The translations under genes were made by a program, and so were the position numbers. Source: Carcharhinus amblyrhynchos (taxonomy: Eukaryota). Taken from it: 64,000 nt of DNA. The notes under the pieces were generated by a model that was not told where the DNA came from, ran no database searches, and saw only the letters and a list, made by a program, of their open reading frames with translations. The stretch spans positions 4,092,001 through 4,156,000 of the forward strand of contig OZ336885.1 of assembly GCA_965287045.1 (NCBI GenBank). The letters are read 5' to 3'. Shown here one piece after another: positions 54,615 through 64,000 of this stretch (its first letter is position 1; the number at the start of each line of letters is the position of its first letter).

Positions 54615-57012
54615 TACAATCTATATTAATGATGTAGATGAAGGGATTAACTGTAGCCAAATTTGCTGAAGATGTAAAGACAAATAGGAAAGGAAGATGT
54701 AAGGTGGACACATAGAAAATGGATGTAAATAGAACAAAGAACAGTCCAGCACAGGAACAGGCCCTTCGGCCCACCAAGTCTGTGCCAATGCAGACGCCCC
54801 TCTAATCTAATATTGTCTTGCCTCTGTGTGGTCCATATCCCGCTGTTCCCTGCCTATTCACGTATCTATCCACATGTCTCTTGAACACTGTTATAGAATC
54901 TGTTCCACCACCTCCTCCAGCAGTGCGTTCCAGATATTCACACCCTCTGTGTGAAAAACTTGCCCCTTACATCTCTTTTAAACTTTACCTTTCTCACTTT
55001 CGACCTATGCCCCGAGTAATTGACTCTTCGATCCTGGAAAAAAGACTCTGAATATCCACTCTATCTAAGCTCTATCAGGCACCTCCCCCCACCCCGTCCC
55101 ATCATCCTCCGATGCTGCAATAAAAACAATCCAAGTTTGTTCAGCCTTTCTTCATAACATGATTTTCCAATTCCTATACTCAAAACCCTGAACAATGAAG
55201 GTCAGCATGCCATATGCCTTCTTGACCATCTTGTCCACCTTCAGGGAACTGTGGATCTGCACACCTACATTCCTCTGTACGCTAATATTTCTGAGGGCTC
55301 TACCATTTACTGTATGCTTTCTTCTGCAGTGGACCTTCCAAATCACATCAGCTCACCTTTGTCTGGGTTAAATTTCATCTGCATAGATTAAGTGATTAGG
55401 CAAAAATTGGCAGTTGGCATTTGATGTGGGAAAACATGAAGTTGTCCACATTAGCAAGAACAGAAAAGCAAAATGGATGGAGATTACAGAATGTCACAAT
55501 AGAGAAGGATCTGGGGGACCCTGTACATGAATCACAATAAGTCAGTATGCAGGTACAGCAAATGATTAGGAAAGCAAACAGAATGCTCACCTTTATTGTA
55601 AGGCACAAAAGTAGGAACGTCTTGCTACAATTGTATAAGACATTGGTGAGACCACACCTAGAAGAATATGTACAGTTTTGGGTCACCTTATCTAAGGAGA
55701 GACATCTTTCCATTGGAAGCATAGAGTCATAGAGGTTTACAGCATGGACCAGGCCCTTTGGCCCCACTTCCCATGCTACCCCTTTTTTGTTGACGACTGA
55801 GCTAGTCCCAATTGACCGCGTTTGGCCCATATCCCTCTATAGCCATCTTACTCGTGTAACTGTTTAAACGCTTTTTAAAAGACAAAATTGTACCTGCCTC
55901 TACTATTATTTCTGGCAGCTTGTTCCAGACACCCATCACCCTCATTGTGAAAAAATTGCCCCTCTGGACCCTTTTGTATCTCTCCTCTGTCATCTTAAAC
56001 CTATGCCCTCTACTTTTAGACTCCCCTACCTTTGGGAAAAGACACTGATTATCTAGTTGATCTATGCCCCTCATTATTTTATAAGATCACCTCTAAGCTT
56101 CCTATGCTCCAGGGAAAAAAGTCCCAATTTATCCAGTCTCTCCTTACAACTCAAACTATCAAGTAGCATCCTATTAATCTTTTCTGCACTCCTCCTAGTT
56201 TAATAATATCCTTTCTATAATAGGATGATCAGAACTGTACACAGTATTCCAAATGTGGCCTTACCAATACCTTGTACAACTTCAACACGACATTCCAATT
56301 CCAGTTCAGAGAACATTCACTAGGGTTGATTTTTGGGATGAAATGTTGGTCTTGTGAGAAAAGGGTGAAGAAGTTGTGTCTGTACTCTGGAGTTTAGAAG
56401 AGTGGGAGGTGATCTTGCTGAAAGACATATGATTCTGAGAAAGCTTGACGGGATAAACACTAAGAGCGTGTTTCCCCTTGGGGAAAGCTAGAATTAGGAT
56501 GAACAATTAAAAAATAAGGGGTCTCCCATTTAAGGAAGATGGGAGGAACTTCTCTCAGATACTCCTATGTGTGAGCAGTGGAGGCTGAACCATTAATTAT
56601 ATTCAAGGCTGAGTTACAGATTTTTGATCTACAAGGAAGTCAAGGGTTATAGGGGGCGGTAGAGTTAAGGCCACTGTAACACCAGTTTCCCTTCATCAAT
56701 ATCTTTTATTGTGTACTAAAAAAGAGATTGGTCCTGCAGCTCATAGTAAGGCGGTACAACAGGTCAGGACCTACAACACTAGACTGGGTGAAGTAACATA
56801 TTTAAAAGCCCCTGCTGTATGCTTCATAATGGGCAAGCCTCCACCTACTCAATAAGAGAGCTCGTACTCCCTAAAGCCCAGGGAAATCAACAGCAAGCCT
56901 CCGTGGCCTTCATGACCATCATAACAGCCGCATTTAAAACAGGCATGATGTTATTGAATGACACAGCAGGCTCAAAGGATTGCATAGCCTACTCCTATTC
57001 ATATTATGTTTC
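54615..57012 (+). mobile_element. One CR1 LINE interrupted by three later insertions (minus LINE ~54730-55383, minus LINE ~55720-56305, solo LTR 56675-56926)
   Basis: The CR1 text resumes colinearly after each insert (KFAEDVK..; WQLAFDV..LVRPHLEEYVQFW; YSGV..; 3' UTR). Confidence 0.8.
56675..56926 (-). mobile_element. Solo LTR (252 bp) related to the Mag-type LTRs at 31819/35886
   Basis: TG...CA ends, TSD GCCAC/GCCGC, and minus-strand gagtacgagctc...ggcttgccca resembling gagtacaagctc...ggcttgtcca of the 31819 LTR. Confidence 0.7.
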
Positions 57013-57059
57013 TAAGTGAATCAGAATCCAATCTGCATATTTAGTAACAACTCTGGCAG

Positions 57060-57774
57060 TTTGGGGTGGTGTCCTTGCCACTTGTATGCTATTGCTATAG
57101 ATATATGTTCATGGGGACTGTTTGAAGTTCAGTATTTTTCTACAGGCAGTCAGTATATGTGGAAAAGGAATACAGCTCAGATGCTGGGAAAGCAGGATAA
57201 TTACTCATTTTAGCCATGTAGTGTTTACTTGGGAAAGAGCTTACAAAAAGAATAGGTCCCTGGGGTTTTTGAATTAAGGAATGGAAAGTTGATTTGGATT
57301 GATAGGGTCATATGATAATGTGATTAATGGGAGGAGCCAGGTATATAGCAGAGAGCACTCTGGCCGGGATTTGTTTAAAGACAGTGGCCTGCAAGCTGCT
57401 CTCTCCACAAAATCTCTGAAAGCTTTAAGACTATACCCTTATAGCAAGTATATTTATGATTGCTAACTGCATTTAAAGTGGCTTTTGGGTCTGCAAGAAT
57501 GTTGTTTATTTGGAACTGAAACAATGGTAAGTTAGAAATTAGAATTGTTTCTTTTCACATGTAAATATTGTTCAATAGGTAATAGTTCAGCTACTTCATT
57601 TGTCAGAGTTATAATTAAACTGCGTTACTAAATGAAGTTTGCCTTACTATAAAAGATCTCTACTTTATCCTGGAATGAAGCACCCATCCTCACATTTATG
57701 CCAAAATAGAAAAATTTTTGGGGTCTGGTTTGGCTTCCTAATGTAATTTGGGATTTTGATCCAGGGATCCAACA
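57060..57774 (+). mobile_element. Diverged solo LTR of the 47611-48331 family
   Basis: agctcagatgctggga and tgccaaaatag...ggggtct...aaCA blocks match; the 5' end is approximate. Confidence 0.55.
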
Positions 57775-58189
57775 TCTGTAATTTAAAGTTGCAGTCAGCC
57801 AAATTGGTGTGCGAGTGGTATGAATGGAGTAGGATTAGTCCCCCTGCAGCATTTTATTTGTTTCTCACCTGATTTGTGCTAAATAGAGGTAAGTAAATCA
57901 GACCCACTATTAACTTAGAGGAGATACAAGGATGGGTAATATATATTGTCCTGCTACAATGCCCTTATCCTGAGGACAACTAAGAAATCAAACCTTCTTA
58001 ATGTTGGTAAACAATGCTTTAATTTGGCACCAATATTATGTCTAAACACAATGTAAGTCAAAGCTGATTCTATACTCCAGTGCAGTGGCAAGCTTGAAAT
58101 AGAAAATGCTCACGGGACATATTTTAACCTCACCTGCAATTAATCTAAGAACATTCAGACTGTGCAGAAGCTGTTCCCTTAGGTATTTT

Positions 58190-58545
58190 TAAAGGGAATA
58201 GATAAGATAGAAGCAGGGAAGTTGTTTTCACTGGTGGGGGGTGGGTGGGGGGAGCGAAAATAGAATTAGGGGAAGCCAATTTAGGACTGAGTTGATGAGG
58301 AACTTCTTCACACAAAGTGTTGTGAATCTGTGGAATTCCCTGCCCAGTGAAGCAGTTGAGGCTACCTCATTGAATGTTTTTAAGGCAAGGATAGATAAGT
58401 TTTTGAACAGTAAAGGAATTAAGGGTTATGGTGAGCAGGCGGGTAAGTGGAACTGAGTCCATGAAAAGACCGGCCATGATCTTATTGAATGGCAGAGCAG
58501 GCTCGAGGGGTCAGATGGCCTACTCCTGCTCCTAGTTCTTATGTA
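58190..58545 (+). mobile_element. CR1 LINE 3' end
   Basis: FRTELMRNFFTQSVVNLWNSLP, 3' UTR and tail. Confidence 0.88.
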
Positions 58546-58903
58546 TGAAGGCATTGAAGACGGCACAGAAATAATTTGCTAGACTTGTACCTGGGATGAA
58601 AGATTTCAGTGCTGAGGACAGATTGGAGAACCATAGCATTCCTACAGTGTAGGAAGAGTCTATTCGGCCCATTGAGTCTGCACTGACTCGCCGAAAGAAC
58701 ATCCCACCCAGGTCCTCCCCTTCGTCATATTCCCATAACCCCATGCATTTACAATGGCTCATCCACCAAACCTACATATCTTTGGACACTAAAGAGAAAT
58801 TTAGCACAGGAAATCCATTTAAACCTGCACATATGGCCTACTCCCATTTTTTATGTTGCAAATGTGAGAGTATAGGGTTTTGGCCTCATGACTTGGCTTC
58901 TCA

Positions 58904-58988
58904 GGAAGTAAAGATCCTAACCCATCCTTTACAATTCACACGTGGACATGCGTTTCCAGAATCAAACTATGGTGAAACAGTTGTTGGA
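58904..58988 (+). pseudogene. Partial dead duplicate of the intron/exon-2 junction of the C20orf202-like gene
   Basis: Aligns without gaps to ~61593-61677 (encodes DMRFQNQTMVKQLL), but the acceptor CAG reads CAC. Confidence 0.85.
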
Positions 58989-59334
58989 CTGTGGGAGGAA
59001 ATTGGAACACTCAGAGGAAAAACAAAAGCTGGGACTGTTCTCCTTAGAAAAGAGAATATTAAGAGATTTGATAGAGTTATTGAAAATCGTAAGGGGTGTG
59101 GACAGAATGGATGGGGAGAAACTATTTCACTGACAAAAAAGTCAAGAAGCAGAGGACACTGAAATAATGTAAAAGGCAAATGAACCAATGACAACATGAG
59201 GAAAAATTTTTCTGTGCAGCCAGTGGTTAGGATCTTGAATGTGCTGCCTGAGAATGGAGTCAGATTGTTATGGTTTTCCAAAAGGGCCTTGGATAATATC
59301 TAAGAGTTAAATGTTGCAGAGCTACAGGAAACAA

Positions 59335-59628
59335 AAGTAAAAAAGTTTATTTATTATATTTATTAATCAGAAATAAAGCTTACATTAACACTGTAATGAA
59401 GTTACTGTGAATATCCCCTAGTCGCCACACTCTGGCGCCTGTTCGGGTCAATGCACCTAACGAGCATGTCATTAAGAATGAGGGAGGAAACCGGAGCATC
59501 CGGAGGAAACCCACACAGACACAGGGAGAACGTGCAAACATCCACACAGACAGTGACCTAAGCCAGGAATCAAATCCAGGTCCCTGGTCCTGTGAAGCAG
59601 CAGTGCTAACCACTGTGCTACCGTGCCG
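59335..59628 (-). mobile_element. HE1/V-SINE-like SINE
   Basis: Reverse complement of the head and V domain. Confidence 0.85.
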
Positions 59629-60479
59629 TCAAAAAAGCCGGGGAATGGCACAAGGCTGAGTTGCTTTGGTAGAGAGCCAAGACATGCTGGGCCAAATGGC
59701 ATTCTTTTCTGCTGTAGTTGTATGATTCAATAGCTGATATTTACCCAAAATGGTCAAGACAAGATAAATGAATGTAAGCATGGTAGACTCGAGCCTGACA
59801 AATTGTCTTTCTTTCTTAATATTGACCTGCTTTGTAACCAATACCGATTTTTTTTCTGAGTATATCACTAGTTAGTTTTAGTTCTAAAATCTGGAAAGCT
59901 TTCTTTGACATTTCTTTCTTCATTGCATCAAAATCATGCTCATCACATAGTCTTCATACAAACTCAGTATCTCCAGGATCTCAAAACTGTGGAAGTCTTC
60001 CTCTGTCTTTCTTCCTCGTATAATCAACAAGCTCTTACCATAATCTTTGTGCCAACTAATTGCAACTTTGATGATTAATATAATCTCACCCATTCTTCTC
60101 AAGTTTTGCTTATAGTCTCAGTGAAGGGGACAGCTTTGAAGGCTGATGATAAATCTCTTTACTTAGAGGGTTGTAAATTTTTGCAGTTCTCTATCTCAGA
60201 GCAATGTTGGTGCCAAGCTGAAATCGATGTATGTGGGGTTAGTAAGGGAAAGTGGTATTGACGGTCAGTATTGAATAGCAGGGTAGGTTCAAGGAGCTAT
60301 ATGGCTTATTCCTATTTCTTATGTTTCAAATATGGGTGTACAGGGCTTTGGCATGATGACTCGGTTTCTCACTGGCCCAGTTGTGAAATGAATGCTTTAT
60401 TAGTGCTTTTTTAAAACTGTTTTTAAGAATTAAAAATGTCATTAATATTTTAACCTGTGCAGTGTCCCAAATATTTGAT

Positions 60480-61130
60480 ATGCTGGCCTTCATAGCGAGG
60501 GGGATTGAATATAAAAGTAGGGAGGTCTTGCTGCAGCTGTATAGGGCATTGGTGAGGCCGCAGCTGGAGTACTGTGTGCAGTTTTGGGCGCCGCACCTGC
60601 GCAAGGATATTTTGGCCCTGGAGGGAGTGCAGAGGAGGTTTACTAGGCTGATACCGGAGTTGAGGGGATTGAGCTATGAGGAGAGGCTGAATAAACTAGG
60701 CTTGTACTCGTTAGAGTTTAGAAGAATGAGGGGAGATCTCATTGAGACGTATAAGATGATGAATGGGATGGATAGGATAGAGGTGGAGAGACTCTTCCCG
60801 CTCAAAAAAGACAGTAGGACTAGGGGGCACAGCCTCAAGATAAAGGGGAGGCGGTTTAGAACGGAGTTGAGGAGGAACTTCTTCACTCAAAGGGTGGTGA
60901 ATCTCTGGAATTCTCTGCCCGTTGAAGTGGTGGAGGCTGCCTCGCTAAATATTTTTAAGAAGCGGGTTGATGGGTTCTTGATAAGAGAGGGGATTAAGGG
61001 TTATGGGGAGAGGGCGGGAAAGTGGAACTGAGCCACAACAGATCAGCCATGATCTTATTGAATGGCGGGGCAGGCTCGAAGGGCTAGATGGCCTACTCCT
61101 GCTCCTATTTCTTATGTTCTTATGTTCTTA
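60480..61130 (+). mobile_element. Young 5'-truncated CR1 LINE, near-identical to 20170-20822
   Basis: Translation matches the 20271-21119 ORF except HLRK vs HLCK; same 3' UTR and tail; flanks aatatttgat/aatattgat resemble a TSD. Confidence 0.95.
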
Positions 61131-61630
61131 ATATTGATTGTAAGTTGGTAGCACTAGTGTTTTCTCATCTGTAACACCATTTAAATTCCTCCTTTGCGAC
61201 AGACTAACATTGTTAAGAGCCATAAGCAATAATGCTGCATCATAAATATTGTCAGTCTGATGTAATAAGAAATATAGACTAGCCTTACTGGCTAAATTGG
61301 TGTTTATTGAACATCCCTAATTGCCCTTAAGATGTAACTCTGGCAGTTCTATGGGCCGCATGAAAAATAAATTATTGAAAAAACGTAATTGTTTGTACAC
61401 CTAAATTTTCATATCGCACTGCTTTGTTCTTAAAACAGCGCTGAACAAATACTTTCATGAAAAGTCTGAACTTTATGCTCTTTCCAACAGGGAAGTTATT
61501 ACACAAAATATCTAAAGAGAGACAAGTTACTATTTCCTTCTCTATACTTGCATGAAATCTGGCAGCAGAATGTTTATTTGAGAAATCCTACTGGGAGTAA
61601 AGATCCTAACCCATCTTTTATAATTCACAG

Positions 61631-61846
61631 ACGGAGATGCGCTTCCAGAATCAAACTATGGTGAAACAATTGTTGGAGCTTCACGATGGGATTCAGGAGC
61701 TGAAAAAGGAATACAATAGTGACCATGATCTGTTAGTCTTGGAGAGTGACAGCGAGGACTCTGAAGATGGTGACAGCTTAAACCATTCTCAGCCAAATCC
61801 TAGGCAACTAACCCAGAGACAGAACCGCAGAAACTCAGTGCCCTGA
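61631..61846 (+). CDS. C20orf202: AARD/C20orf202 family gene, coding exon 2
   Basis: Acceptor ...ttttataattcacAG|ACG at 61630/61631, phase 0. Encodes TEMRFQNQTMVKQLLELHDGIQELKKEY...RRNSVP*. Joined to exon 1 it gives the family motif LEWLxxELxEMxxQ. Confidence 0.82.
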   Translation, partial: TEMRFQNQTMVKQLLELHDGIQELKKEYNSDHDLLVLESDSEDSEDGDSLNHSQPNPRQLTQRQNRRNSVP

Positions 61847-62168
61847 GTAAACCCTTTGTTGGGTTGGTTTGGGATAATTCATGCTAACATAACCTGCTGT
61901 GTGCTTGCACTCAGATCACTGAAACATTGACAAGTGCTACATAACATAGTGTAAAGTATTTTGATGACTGTATGTTTTATAAGATTGTTTTATTGCATTG
62001 TATTACAACCTATTTCATGTAATGTAAGGGACACAGTTGGATCTCAAAAAGCTGATAAAACGTCAAGGTTATATCCATTATTTCTGACAAAGAGTAAAGT
62101 GAACCCAGTGGACTAATCATCCAATGTTCTGTATGATTCTTGGTTTTATGCCCCTTGTAAATGGAAAT

Positions 62169-62936
62169 TGTTAGAGTACCAGAGCAAAAACCCCAAAGTA
62201 CATTATGAAGCCCAACTACACCCCAACAGTTTTTCTATTTTGGCATTAGTGTGAGGATAAGGTGTTTTACTCCATGTGTGTCTCTATTGGCACATTTGGA
62301 AGCTTTTATCAAAACAACCTCTATTTAACATTACAGTTTAACTATAACAAATGAATTTGCTTAGCTTTTACCAATTGGAATATTTAAACATGGTAGGTAC
62401 AATTCCTATCTTTATTAGTTCCAATTCAAGCAACCTTCCTCTGATAGACTTAAACTCCTCTTCAAAATCAGTTAGTGACACACAGGCTTATGTGTGAACA
62501 GTCCAAAAACCTTTTGAACACCTCTGGAGAGAAAGCGAGAGAGAGAAACATGTGTTCTAACAGCAGCGTCCAGAGAGAGACAGAAGGACACCTCTTGCTT
62601 TTTTCAGGATCAGGCAACTGACTGTTTTCTTAAAAAAAAAGCAGCTTTGTGTTTTCCCTACAAGCTTAGCTTTGCCCATTCACATTATTCTGCCTCTGTA
62701 AATCAACCTTAACAAAACTCTACTCTGAGAACCAGGGGAGAAATCAAAATAAAAATGCATTAATTCAATTTAAAACAAATACATCCAGAGCTAAAGTCAG
62801 TCATTAACCTGCATTCTCAGCATGTGAGCTGTCTGGTGCACATGAATCGGCACTATGTAAAACAGTTGAATTTTAAATATATCCTCTACAAGAAACATGA
62901 TAAAAACACATTTCTTAAAGACACAGTTTCATCACA
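62169..62936 (-). mobile_element. Solo LTR, same family as 47611-48331
   Basis: tgttag...atcaca ends and colinear similarity throughout; the TSD is not clean. Confidence 0.8.
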
Positions 62937-64000
62937 AAGAACATTAATGAAAACAGACAATTTCAATTCTGCATTAGCACCAACACTTGTTAAGATCATT
63001 ATTGATGAGCTGATGTAGCTTTCTTAAGCTGCAAAAATCACATGGAAAAATAAGTTAGTTACCAGCAATTTTCATATAGGTTCTTCTAAACCTGCATTAC
63101 AACTTCAGTGGGAACTTCAGGGAAAGAACGCAATGGCCATATTTGCTGATTCACCGGTCTTTCTGCCAATATTCTGGCAGCTGATTAAGAGAACCCATAA
63201 GGAAATTTTATGCCAGTAAGCTAAAGGTTTCAAAGTGTTAATACAACAATTACAAAAGTGAATAGTACAAAGGTGTGTAGAAGCAGTTTCTGTATGAACT
63301 TGTAAAAAAGGAACTGGATGTACATTTGAAAAGGAAAACAGTTGTAAGGTTCTGGGAAGAACCAAGGACTGCAATTAATTTGATAGCTCTTTCAAAGTGT
63401 ATGAAGGGCTGACTGGTCTCCTATGCTGTGTGATTTTGAATTTTTGCTCAAAGAATGTGTATTTTTTAGTCTTTGCTCACTGGATTTTGTGGAGTAGAGC
63501 CCAAACTCAACCCTTAATCTGAAGTCCTGACTGGACTTATTCGTAACTATGTTAGTTTTGGACACACCCACGAGTGCAAACATCTCTGTATTTGTCCAAT
63601 TGAACCCTTGGTAATTTGAAAGATCGCTTTTGGGTTTTCCCCTTAAACTTTTTTTCTGGAGCAGTCAATGCATTCTGTAAGTTTTAGTTATAATCACAAC
63701 ATTAATATAAAATTATATGTTCCTCTCCTAAGCTCCTGTCTTTTAGCTGAGCCATTAAATCTTCTACTTCAACTCCATGGATGGTTTCCTCTCCTCTAAA
63801 TACACTCAAGTCTTGAAACCTGTTCCCTAGAGAGTAATACCTGATAGGCTTCTGCTACTTTTTTAAAATGTGATGGATGTGTTGAATTTTGAGGCTGTGA
63901 TCTTCATAAAATCATTATTATTGCTTCTGCTCATTTGGATTTATAGGAGCACAGTGAAGATATGCAGCTACAAAATTTTTTTTTATAATAGAGTCATAGA

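Noticed and set aside
58942-59133. ORF MDMRFQNQTMVKQLL... as an alternative exon 2
   Set aside because: The acceptor is CAC, and homology ends after ~15 codons before running into SINE/LINE sequence.

Overview
Vertebrate genomic DNA, almost certainly from a cartilaginous fish (shark). This is inferred from the repeat landscape: CR1/HER1-type LINEs, HE1/V-SINEs, DeuSINE/SacSINE-like SINEs, Rex1/Babar and L2 fragments, Penelope, and Mag-type Gypsy. Two host genes are supported. TMEM74B has a single coding exon on the minus strand (27932-28669). A divergently oriented two-exon AARD/C20orf202-family gene lies on the plus strand (52053-52241 joined to 61631-61846, 134 aa), and the ORF track shows it only as two separate pieces. 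The pair matches the human TMEM74B-C20orf202 neighbourhood as I recall it. Most of the remainder is nested transposable elements and tandem repeats. The most notable observations are: Penelope-derived elements with recognisable minimal hammerhead-ribozyme cores, one of them a foldback element in the C20orf202-like intron; a perfect 63-bp inverted repeat best explained by a CR1-insertion-associated inversion; a splice-dead copy of the exon-2 junction inserted into a SINE; a long forkhead/KLF-motif tandem array upstream of TMEM74B, split by a two-LTR Gypsy element; and two near-identical inverted young CR1 copies 40 kb apart. All family and gene names come from motif recognition by eye, not database searches, and boundaries of old repeats are approximate.
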